Shown: positions 18,899-27,232 of the stretch, piece after piece
Position numbering within the stretch: position 1 is the first letter of the stretch
How the letters are laid out: each line of letters starts with the position of its first letter
Source: Actinomycetota bacterium
GTDB lineage: Bacteria; Actinomycetota; UBA4738
DNA length: 41,238 nucleotides
Direction: 5' to 3'
Assembly: GCA_044870295.1 (NCBI GenBank)
Contig: JBIOYQ010000190.1
Coordinates: forward strand, 1-41,238
The notes under the pieces: generated by a model
Told to the model about the DNA's origin: nothing
Seen by the model: the letters and a program-made list of their open reading frames with translations, nothing else
Database searches by the model: none
Translations under genes and position numbers: made by a program

Positions 18899-21800
18899 TC
18901 AGGACGTGAGGGCAGTTGCTTCGCCCAGCAGGTCGTCGCACTCGCCGAGGAGCGGCGCGGCGCCGAGCCCGGCGAAGATCTCGCGGGCGGCCGACAGCTC
19001 CTCCGATGCCTCGGTTGCCCGACCGAGCGACAGCAGGCATCGGCCCGCAGCCAACAACGCGTTCGCCTGCTCGAAGAGGAACCCTCCACGCTCCCACGAC
19101 TCGGCCGCGTCCCGATATCCGGCCGCCGCGTCCTCGAGCCTTCCGTCGGCCTCCGCCAGCGCCGCGCGCACCACTATCTGCTTCATGAGCAGCGTGGGCA
19201 CCGGGACCTCGTCGTCGACGATCAGCCCCCTGACCGCGTCCACGTCTCCCAGATCGATCAGCACGCGGAGCCCCTCCGGCACGATCCAGAAGTTGCGCAG
19301 GCGTTCCTCACTGGTCGCCCGGAGCAACTCCTCGATCAGGACGCGAGCACCCTCGCGATCCCCCCGGCCATGGCGGGCCACGGCGGCCACCATCAGGGCC
19401 TGCCAGAGCACCTGTGGATCGCCGATCTCCCTGGCCTTCGGGAGCACGTCCTCTTCCAGGCGCGCCGCCTCTTGGTGCCGACCGCGGTACGTCAGGACAT
19501 GCAGCTTCTCGATCGCGGAGATCGTGCCGGGCTGGGCCTGCCCCCCGTGTTCTTCCTCCCATCGGGCGATCTCATCCGCGCGTTCGATCACCTCGTCCCA
19601 CCGCCCCAGGTCGAACAGGCGCCACGTGGTCTCGGCCTTGGCCCATGTCATCTGCCGCCTGGCGCCATGCGTCGCGTTGTAGTCGATCCCCTCCTGATAG
19701 ATGCGAAGGGATTCGGCCGGATCTCCGTAGATCGCCGTCCAGTCCGCCCAATTGACATACGACGGGCCGCTCTGGGCCACCAGCCCCCACTCCACCCCCA
19801 TCCGAACCCCCTCGGCCAGGTCCTCCAAGCCTCCCACGTCTCCCCTGACGGCCCGCCCGATCCCCCGGAGCTGGAGGCCCCGGACGATCACCTGCTTGAG
19901 GTCGAACCGCTCGGCCAGCGCCAGCGACTTCTCGGTCCACGGGAGGAACACGTCCGCATCGTTGGTGGCGAGCATCTCGTGGCCGGCGATGGCCGAGTAC
20001 ACGTCGGCCAGCTCTGGACCCGGAGGCTCTGCTTCCAGCAGCTCGACGGCCTCGCGCAGCAGCGCCCTGGCCTGTTGGGTCCGCCCCCGAAGCCGAAGGC
20101 CGGCCGCGAGCTTGCGCATGGCCGTGGCCGTCTGAGCCGCGTCGCCGGCCCGGCGGAACGCCTCGATCGCCTGCTGGTAGCCGGCCTCCACGTCGTCGAA
20201 CGGGAGAACGCCGGCCATGGCGCCCAACTCCATCCCCTTCGACAGGATCTCCGCCCTGCGAAGGTCCGAGTCATCCACGAGCTCGAGGCCGCGCCGGTAC
20301 ATGTTCCAGGCGGTTCCGAGGTCGAGCTGCGTCGCCTTGTCGCCCGCAAGCACCAGGAATCGCACCAGGGACCGGTGGAGCTCGTCCTGTTCGGCCCGGT
20401 CGGCGGCACCGGCCGCGCTCGACAGCTTGATGGCCTGCTCGTAATGGTGAACTAGCAGCTCGGCCTGGTCGGCAACCCGCTCCCCCGCCATCCGCTCGAT
20501 CCAGCCGGCGGCCAGGCGGTGCCGGCGGGCCCGGTCCGCCCTGGGGATCTGCGAGTAGGCGACGTCGCGGACCAGGGCGTGCCAGAACGCGTACTCGGCC
20601 TGATCCTTGACCGACGAGGTCCGCATGGGGCGGACCAGCTCCTTGCGGGCCAGGTCGTGCAACCCTTCCCTGACCGCTCGCTCGTCGGCGCCGGACATGG
20701 AGGCCACGGCGCCGGACCAGAACACCTTGCCCATGACGGCCGCGTCCTGCAGCAGCGACTTGCGCTCCGGCGGGAGGGTGTCGAGCCGCGCGCTGATCAG
20801 CGCCTGGATGGTGTCGGGCAGCCGGATGTCCTCGGCCGCGCGCACCAGGTTCAGCGTCCGGCCCCGCACTTCGAGGGCGCCCTGATCCAGCAGCATGCGC
20901 ACGAACTCCTCCGCGTACAAGGGGTTGCCGCCGGCCCGCTCGAGGAGGGTCGTCTGCAGCTCGGCTGGAAGGACGGCCTGCTCGAGCAACGCCACCAGCA
21001 GCCGGGCCGTCTCCTCGTTGGTGAGCGGCGAGAGGGAAACCGTGGCCGAGTTGCGCTTGCCCCCACCCCATCCTGGGTGCCGTTCGTACAGCTCGGGGCG
21101 GGCCGAGCAGATGACGGTGATCGGCACACCAACCGACCAGTCCACCAGGTGGTCGACGAAGCCGATCAAGGCCGGGTCCGCCCAGTGCAGGTCCTCGAAG
21201 ACCAGGACCAACGGGTGCCGAGCCGCCGCGGATTCGAGGAACCGCCGCCACGCCGCGTAGGACTCCTCGCGATCGGATGGGGCGGCCTGCGCGGGCGCCT
21301 CGCCCGTCGCCGACGATCCCACCCCCAGGAGCGGCCGCAGCTTGGCCCGCAGCCATTCGTGCTCACCCTGGTCTTCGACGAAGGCTCGCAGTGCGGTGTC
21401 GAGCTTCTCGGCCGCCTGGTCGGACCCATCCGACTCCAGCACACCGGCCAGGCCCTTCACGATCTCGCCAAGCGCCCAGAACGTGATCCCTTCGCCGTAG
21501 GGGAGGCACCGACCCTGTCGCCAGTAGACGGTCACGGACGGGTCCTCGTCGAAACGGTTTTTGAGCTCCCACAGCAGCCGCGACTTGCCCACGCCGGGCT
21601 CACCGGTGATGGTCACGAGCTGGAGGCCGGCCTCGTCGACCGACCGCGTGAAGGTCCGCAGGAGCAGCTCAAGCTCGTGGCCCCGGCCGATGAACGGGGA
21701 GCGGGTCCGCTGGTCCACGTCGACGCCGTACCGGCCGCGGGCCTCGAGGGCCCGGAACAGCCGGACCGGCTCGCTCTTGCCCTTCACCGAGACCGGGTCC

Positions 21801-22384
21801 AGCTCTTCGTAGGCGATGTGGTCGCGGGTGATCCGCTCGGTGGCCGCCCCGACCACCACCGCGTCCTGGGGCGCGGCAGCCTCGATCCTTGCCGCCGTGT
21901 TCACCACGTCGCCGGCGACCATGCCCTCGCCCCGCTCGGCTCTCGCGCCGAGCGTGACCACGGCCTCGCCCGTGTTGACGCCGATCCTGACCGAGAGCGC
22001 GAGATCGGGGGCGTCCTCGTTCATCTCGGCGATCGCTTCCAGGATGCGAAGGCCGGCCCGCACGGCGCGCTCGGCGTCGTCCTCGTGCGCGATCGGCGCC
22101 CCAAACACGGCCATCACCGCGTCGCCGATGAACTTCTCGACCGTGCCGCCGAGGCGCTCGATCTCCTTCCTCAGACGGTCGTGATACGCGCGCAGGACGG
22201 CCCGGACGTCCTCGGGGTCGGCACGTTCGGACCTGGCGGTGAACCCCACCAGGTCACAGAAGAGGACGGAGACGACCTTCCGCTCCTCCGAGGGCTGGGC
22301 GGCGGCCTCCAGCGAGGCTCCGCACCGACCGCAGAACTTGAAGCCCTCCGGATTCTCTTGTCCGCAGTTCGCGCACACGACCAT
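18899..22384 (-). CDS. Double zinc ribbon - class III cyclase - STAND (AAA) ATPase - TPR protein (paralog 2)
   Basis: CANC...CGRC; FCDLVGFT, EKFIGDA, RIGVNTG and GDVVNTAARIE; Walker A GEPGVGKS and Walker B FEDLHWAD; GNPLYAEE and FWHALVRDVAY. Confidence 0.93.
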   Translation of the reverse strand: MVVCANCGQENPEGFKFCGRCGASLEAAAQPSEERKVVSVLFCDLVGFTARSERADPEDVRAVLRAYHDRLRKEIERLGGTVEKFIGDAVMAVFGAPIAHEDDAERAVRAGLRILEAIAEMNEDAPDLALSVRIGVNTGEAVVTLGARAERGEGMVAGDVVNTAARIEAAAPQDAVVVGAATERITRDHIAYEELDPVSVKGKSEPVRLFRALEARGRYGVDVDQRTRSPFIGRGHELELLLRTFTRSVDEAGLQLVTITGEPGVGKSRLLWELKNRFDEDPSVTVYWRQGRCLPYGEGITFWALGEIVKGLAGVLESDGSDQAAEKLDTALRAFVEDQGEHEWLRAKLRPLLGVGSSATGEAPAQAAPSDREESYAAWRRFLESAAARHPLVLVFEDLHWADPALIGFVDHLVDWSVGVPITVICSARPELYERHPGWGGGKRNSATVSLSPLTNEETARLLVALLEQAVLPAELQTTLLERAGGNPLYAEEFVRMLLDQGALEVRGRTLNLVRAAEDIRLPDTIQALISARLDTLPPERKSLLQDAAVMGKVFWSGAVASMSGADERAVREGLHDLARKELVRPMRTSSVKDQAEYAFWHALVRDVAYSQIPRADRARRHRLAAGWIERMAGERVADQAELLVHHYEQAIKLSSAAGAADRAEQDELHRSLVRFLVLAGDKATQLDLGTAWNMYRRGLELVDDSDLRRAEILSKGMELGAMAGVLPFDDVEAGYQQAIEAFRRAGDAAQTATAMRKLAAGLRLRGRTQQARALLREAVELLEAEPPGPELADVYSAIAGHEMLATNDADVFLPWTEKSLALAERFDLKQVIVRGLQLRGIGRAVRGDVGGLEDLAEGVRMGVEWGLVAQSGPSYVNWADWTAIYGDPAESLRIYQEGIDYNATHGARRQMTWAKAETTWRLFDLGRWDEVIERADEIARWEEEHGGQAQPGTISAIEKLHVLTYRGRHQEAARLEEDVLPKAREIGDPQVLWQALMVAAVARHGRGDREGARVLIEELLRATSEERLRNFWIVPEGLRVLIDLGDVDAVRGLIVDDEVPVPTLLMKQIVVRAALAEADGRLEDAAAGYRDAAESWERGGFLFEQANALLAAGRCLLSLGRATEASEELSAAREIFAGLGAAPLLGECDDLLGEATALTS

Positions 22385-22419
22385 CGGTGGCAGGAGTCTA
22401 CGGCCCGCCGGTGAGCCGG

Positions 22420-22998
22420 CTAGGCAGAGATCGTGACGGCGATGGGCGGGGCGGCCCCGTAGCGGAACCGAAACGGCTGGCTCACGTTGTCTCGGTCCAT
22501 CCGGAAGATGAACGACCAGCGCACCCGGCGCTGATCGGTCCCGAGGTCCAGGCCGCACACCCGGCAGAAGCCCCGTCCGTCATCGAAGCCGGCGATCTTC
22601 AGTTCGGTGCCGTCGGCGCAGATCAGCCGGACCAGCGAGGTGGAGACGTCGGCCTCGGTCCCCGGGTGGAGGTTCTGGAACGTGGCGGCAACAACCACGA
22701 AGACCTCGCCTCGCGCGGCCGGGTAAGAGCCGTCATCCTGCGCCGGGACCGAGCGCTCGGCCCGAGCGCCGGTCACGGCGATCATCCAGTCGTCCGTCTG
22801 CGAGGTCGTCGCGCCGATCGACGGCGTCGTGGTCTTCGAGCCGGCCTGGCAGGGTTCGTGCGTCGACGGAGTGCTGGTGGCCGAGCCCGACCCGCCGCCC
22901 TGCAAGATCCACCAGGCGGCGCCGGCCGTGACGACGGCGACCACCGCCACCACACCCCACGCTGGGAACCCTCTCGACCGATCCGGCGCTTCGTGCAC
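22420..22998 (-). CDS. Membrane-anchored hypothetical protein, possible DUF4352-like Ig-fold domain
   Basis: N-terminal TM, Ser/Thr-rich linker, then a beta-rich domain (GEVFVVVAATFQN...L..ADG...F.F). Confidence 0.55.
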   Translation of the reverse strand: MHEAPDRSRGFPAWGVVAVVAVVTAGAAWWILQGGGSGSATSTPSTHEPCQAGSKTTTPSIGATTSQTDDWMIAVTGARAERSVPAQDDGSYPAARGEVFVVVAATFQNLHPGTEADVSTSLVRLICADGTELKIAGFDDGRGFCRVCGLDLGTDQRRVRWSFIFRMDRDNVSQPFRFRYGAAPPIAVTISA

Positions 22999-23062
22999 TG
23001 GCCGTCATACGCGCCCAGCCTGGCCCAAGGTTCCCGCACTGTTCTACAGCCGCGCTTCCTCG

Positions 23063-23515
23063 CTACTCCGGCGTCTCGGGCGCGTCCTTCTTCGCGGCCT
23101 TGAGGCGATCGCCCAGCTCTTCGAAGTCCGGCGGCGCCATGTCCTTCCGGAGCTTCGGGAACATCTCCTCTTCCTCTTCCTTGACGTGGTGGCGGACCCC
23201 GCCGATCAGTGCGGACATCTTCGCGTCCAGGTGGGGATCGTCCCCGGACAGCCCGATCAGCGCCCGGAGGGCGTTCTTGGCCTCCTGGTGCTCGACGTGC
23301 GCCTCCTCGACCAGCTCGAGCCATTGGCCGCCCAGCTTCTCCATCACCGGATACAGCTCCTGCTCCTCGATGTACGCATGGATGGAAAGCTCCTTGATCA
23401 CGCGGTCGGCGATGTCGCGCTTGGTCTTGTAGGCCTTCGACCCGGCTTGCTCGAACTTCTTGAACAGGCCTTCCACGGTCTTGTGGTCCTCCTTGAGGAG
23501 CTTGATCGGGTCCAC
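23063..23515 (-). CDS. Hemerythrin/HHE cation-binding domain protein
   Basis: LKEDH, HAYIEE..LYP, EAHVEH and HHVKEEEEEMFP; GTG start with AAGGAG RBS. Confidence 0.9.
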   Translation of the reverse strand: MDPIKLLKEDHKTVEGLFKKFEQAGSKAYKTKRDIADRVIKELSIHAYIEEQELYPVMEKLGGQWLELVEEAHVEHQEAKNALRALIGLSGDDPHLDAKMSALIGGVRHHVKEEEEEMFPKLRKDMAPPDFEELGDRLKAAKKDAPETPE

Positions 23516-23812
23516 GTCGGTTCTCCTTCTCCGGGAATGTGCGTGCGTTGTTCCCCGGAGGACACGCCTCACACCGTTCGGCATGACGAACCATGGCTCC
23601 GTTCTGTGAGCGATTGACTGACAGCCGCCACGGGTCGCGGCTGGCTTCCCGGAACCCTTCCTTAACCAAGGCCTGACCTGGGCGCGACCCTCCCCTAACT
23701 GGCCCGATCGAACAACCAGGATGCCGGCCTCAGCCATCCGTTCGTGCGCCCCCGACGGGAGACCGGCGAGGGCACGGTTGGCGTGCCCGTCGGGATCCAT
23801 GAAGGAGGACGG

Positions 23813-24307
23813 ATGAGGAAAGCACTCATCGCAGGGATCGTGGTGGCGGGCATCATCGCCACGGCTCCAGCGGCGTTCGCTGAAGCCAGGGAGTGCCGGG
23901 GCACCATCGGGGCGGCGCGGGTCGACAGCATCGTGGTGCCCCAGGGTGCGTCGTGCACGTTGGACGGCACCAGGGTTCGCGGGAACGTCCAGGTGGAGGA
24001 AGGTGCGACGTTGACGGCCACGGGCGTGATCGTCCAGGGCAACGTGGAGGCCGACGAGGCGATGTCGGTCTCACTGACGGACTCGAGGGTCCCCGGCAAC
24101 GTCTCGATCCAGCGCAGCACCGCTGCGGTCACGGTGACCGGCAACACGATCCAGGGCAGTCTGCAGGCCGACGAGAACACGGGCAGCGTGACCATCGCCG
24201 ACAATCGCATCGGCAACAACCTGCAGTGTTCGGAGAACGATCCCGCACCCATGGGCGGGAACAACATGGTTCGGGGCGAGAAGAGCGACCAGTGCGCGGC
24301 GCTCTGA
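23813..24307 (+). CDS. Secreted hypothetical protein, beta-helix-like, with Cys pairs
   Basis: AAGGAGG RBS; signal peptide ending A-F-A; repeated V.GNV/I.G.L strands. Confidence 0.75.
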   Translation: MRKALIAGIVVAGIIATAPAAFAEARECRGTIGAARVDSIVVPQGASCTLDGTRVRGNVQVEEGATLTATGVIVQGNVEADEAMSVSLTDSRVPGNVSIQRSTAAVTVTGNTIQGSLQADENTGSVTIADNRIGNNLQCSENDPAPMGGNNMVRGEKSDQCAAL

Positions 24308-24387
24308 ACCTGTAGCAGAAGGTCGCGAGCTACGGGCTCCTCATCCCTTGGTGGGGTGGGGAGCCCTGCTCGTTGCCGCGGCGATCC

Positions 24388-24570
24388 CTACAGGGTCGAC
24401 ACGACGAGCAGCGACAGCATCCCGGCCAGGGCGATGCTGCCGATGGCCAGCACCAAGGTCCGTCCGATCTCCTGGATCTTGCGGGGCAGGGTGGACACGG
24501 CGAGGAGGGACGCGCCGAAGGCCACACTCCACCCCCACGTCGACGAGTCGGCGATGACGCTCCCGCTCAT
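24388..24570 (-). CDS. Possible small two-TM membrane protein
   Basis: Hydrophobic 60-aa ORF filling the gap between genes; no clear RBS. Confidence 0.3.
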   Translation of the reverse strand: MSGSVIADSSTWGWSVAFGASLLAVSTLPRKIQEIGRTLVLAIGSIALAGMLSLLVVSTL

Positions 24571-24687
24571 GATGCGAGCATTCCCACCAAGAGATGGGCC
24601 CACACGCCCGTGGCCGGGCCAACCGTCGTCGCTCTAGCATGGAGCTCGGTCCGGAAGCAGACCGACGGCGGTCCAGTGGGTGGTTCG

Positions 24688-25473
24688 ATGACCAGCGACG
24701 AGCAACGAACCTTCTTCGACGAGCACGGCTACCTGCACGTCCCGGGCGTGTACTCACCCGCCGAGACCGACGAGCTCGCCGTTGACCTCGACCGCCTCAT
24801 CGACGAATGGTCCTTCGAGGGCGTGTGGACCGGGCAGTGGCGCGAGGCGCTGCTGGACCCGGAGCTCGCCGCGACCATCAGCCTGCGGGCACTGCACGAC
24901 CTCCAGCTGTACTCAGCGGCGTGGGCGCGAGCCATCGTGCAGTCGCGGCTGGTCGCGGTGCTGGTCGCGCTGCTCGGGCCGGACGTCGAGTTCCACCACA
25001 CCACCATGCACGTGAAGCCGCCCGAGCGGGGGGCGGCGTTTCCCATGCACCAGGACCACCCGTTCTATCCGCATGCCGACGACCGGTACGTCGACGTCCT
25101 GCTGCACCTGGACGACACGACGCACGAGAACGGGGAGATCCGATTCCTGGCGGGTTCGCACCGTGACGGGCCGCTCGAGCACATCACGCGTGGACCGGAC
25201 GGTGAGCCGGTGACGCAGCACCTCCCGGTGGACCGCTACCCATTGGAGGACAGCCTGGCGGTGCCGGCCCGGCGAGGGGACATCGTGTGCTTCTCGATCA
25301 ACACGATCCACGGCTCGTATCCGAACCGGACCTCTCGCCCGCGTCGGATGGTTCGCATGGGGTACCGGCATCCGGACAACCGTCAGCTGGAGGGGCAGTC
25401 GATGGGTCGCCCCGGCGTGATGGTGGCGGGCTCTCGGCCGCGCCGCGACGGGATGGATCCTTTCCCGATCTGA
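24688..25473 (+). CDS. Phytanoyl-CoA dioxygenase (PhyH) family Fe(II)/2-oxoglutarate dioxygenase
   Basis: FFDEHGYL, KPP..G..FPMHQD, ENG.IRFLAGSH and TIHGS..N....PRR; HxD...H iron triad. Confidence 0.9.
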   Translation: MTSDEQRTFFDEHGYLHVPGVYSPAETDELAVDLDRLIDEWSFEGVWTGQWREALLDPELAATISLRALHDLQLYSAAWARAIVQSRLVAVLVALLGPDVEFHHTTMHVKPPERGAAFPMHQDHPFYPHADDRYVDVLLHLDDTTHENGEIRFLAGSHRDGPLEHITRGPDGEPVTQHLPVDRYPLEDSLAVPARRGDIVCFSINTIHGSYPNRTSRPRRMVRMGYRHPDNRQLEGQSMGRPGVMVAGSRPRRDGMDPFPI

Positions 25474-25482
25474 GGAACGTCG

Positions 25483-26346
25483 TCAGTCCGCGGGAACCTT
25501 CGCGGCGGCACGTTCGGCGGCGGTCTCGGCCCGCTTCGCCTCAGTCTCGGCCTTCTTCAGCTCCGCCATGGCCTGCTTGGCTTCCGCCCTCGCCCCATCG
25601 GCTTCCCGCGCCAGCCGGTCCGCATTCTCCTGCGCTCGGGTGGCCACCGACCGTGACCGCATCAACTGCCGGCGAGCCTCGGCCGCCTCGCGCTCCAACT
25701 CCTTGGCCCGGCCGCGAGCCGCCTCGGTCGCCGCTCGAGCTGCATCGCTCTTTGCCTTCTCCTGCGGGGTCTGCCTCGGTCGAGGCTTCGGGCGCTCCGG
25801 CGGGGTCGCCACGACCTCGAGGCCGGTCACGCCGCCGAACCCGGAGGGGGCGGCGAACTCTTTCGTCAGACGGCCCGCCTTCACCAGGTCCGCGGCCTCG
25901 GTGTCGAGCGAGGCGGCCTCGAAGGTGGCGCTGACGGCCTCGGCCGCGCCTTGCGAGGCGTGCCCGGCCTGGCGAAGGACATCTTCGGCGGCGCGGGTGA
26001 GGGTGGTGACGACCTTTCGGCGGCGGTCCATGGCCTCGCGGAAGCCTCCCGCCTTCACGCCCGAGAGGACCTTCCGCTGGGCCTGACGGAGGTCGTTGCC
26101 CGCGGCCAGGAGTTCCTGGACGTCGTCGGGCCGTTGCCGGGCCACCTGGTTGGCGGCCCAGGCGGCGACGGTGGGGCGCCGCAGCGCCTTGACCTCCGTG
26201 GCTTCGTCGGACCGGCCCTCTGCCTTCAAGCGGGAGGCCAGCTCGTCGCGGGCCTTGGTGAACTCCGCGGGCGGGAGCGTGAAGAGTTCGTCGACATCGT
26301 CGTCGAGAGCATCCTTCTTCTTCGCCACGTCACCATCCTGACGCAT
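25483..26346 (-). CDS. Hypothetical protein with long Ala/Glu/Arg coiled-coil C-terminus
   Basis: N-terminal LFTLPPAEFTKARDELA...LRRPTVAAWAAN segment, followed by a charged helical tail. Start may be the GTG at 26328. Confidence 0.75.
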   Translation of the reverse strand: MRQDGDVAKKKDALDDDVDELFTLPPAEFTKARDELASRLKAEGRSDEATEVKALRRPTVAAWAANQVARQRPDDVQELLAAGNDLRQAQRKVLSGVKAGGFREAMDRRRKVVTTLTRAAEDVLRQAGHASQGAAEAVSATFEAASLDTEAADLVKAGRLTKEFAAPSGFGGVTGLEVVATPPERPKPRPRQTPQEKAKSDAARAATEAARGRAKELEREAAEARRQLMRSRSVATRAQENADRLAREADGARAEAKQAMAELKKAETEAKRAETAAERAAAKVPAD

Positions 26347-26393
26347 TCGGCGACGACGAGCCTGCTACGCTCCGCGGTCGGAGGTGAATCGGG

Positions 26394-26771
26394 ATGCTCA
26401 GCGAAGGCATAGCGGTGGCGACGATCGCGGTCACGGACATTGATCGCGCCAAGAAGTTCTACGAGGACGTGCTGGGGCTGAAGGCCATCGACGAACGGTC
26501 GGACGGTGTCCGGTACGCCGCGGGGCAGGGAACCTACTTCCTGGTGTATCCATCGCAGTTCGCCGGGACGAACCAGGCCACGACGATGTCCTTCGTGGTC
26601 GACGACGTGGAGAAGGCCGTGGCCGAGATGCGGGACCGGGGCGTGGTGTTCGAGGAGTACGACTTCCCGGGTCTGAAGACGGTGAACGGGATCGCGGAGA
26701 TCCAGGGCGAGAAGGGCGCGTGGTTCAAGGATCCCGACGGGAACATCCTGGCGGTGGCGGAGCAGACGTAG
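26394..26771 (+). CDS. VOC/glyoxalase family protein
   Basis: VTDIDRAKKFYEDVLG, F.VDDV and AWFKDPDGNIL; GGAGGT RBS. Confidence 0.9.
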   Translation: MLSEGIAVATIAVTDIDRAKKFYEDVLGLKAIDERSDGVRYAAGQGTYFLVYPSQFAGTNQATTMSFVVDDVEKAVAEMRDRGVVFEEYDFPGLKTVNGIAEIQGEKGAWFKDPDGNILAVAEQT

Positions 26772-26892
26772 AGGCAGTTGCGGAGCCGCTCGTCTAGGAC
26801 TTTGGTCTCAATCCTCCGGCGGCCGCGAATCGCCCGGGTGAGGGACGGGTAAGAGGTCGAACGGTGGCCCCCCGAACCTGGAGGAGCACGTC

Positions 26893-27114
26893 ATGGACCT
26901 CCTCTTGTTGAGCGCCTATGGGGTGTTGGGCGTGTACATCGGCTTCTTGGTCGGTTTGCTGATCCACCGCGGGTACGTGGAGCGTGGATCGCACGGGGAT
27001 CAGGGTGGGGGGAGCGAGCCGCCCGCTCCGGAGCCGTTCGATCCGAGATCCGGCGACTGGGCGGTGTGGGAAGCCGAGATGATGAAGCCCGACCGCATCG
27101 TCAGGACTGTCTGA
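26893..27114 (+). CDS. Small single-TM hypothetical protein
   Basis: GGAGGAG RBS; N-terminal TM followed by a G/P-rich tail. Confidence 0.6.
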   Translation: MDLLLLSAYGVLGVYIGFLVGLLIHRGYVERGSHGDQGGGSEPPAPEPFDPRSGDWAVWEAEMMKPDRIVRTV

Positions 27115-27144
27115 CCCATCGTGTAGGGTCACTGGTTCGGCTCT

Positions 27145-27183
27145 GGAGAAGTCTCAAAATGAGTCTCATTTTGAGACTTCTCC
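27145..27183. repeat. Perfect 39-bp palindrome (19-bp arms, 1-nt centre) between convergent genes; candidate bidirectional terminator or protein-binding site
   Basis: GGAGAAGTCTCAAAATGAG-T-CTCATTTTGAGACTTCTCC; the arms are exact reverse complements and the site is AT-rich compared with its surroundings. Confidence 0.9.
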
Positions 27184-27232
27184 CGGCCCAGATGGGCACA
27201 GCCCCCCTTGCATCCCGGGTCTTCGCGGGCGT

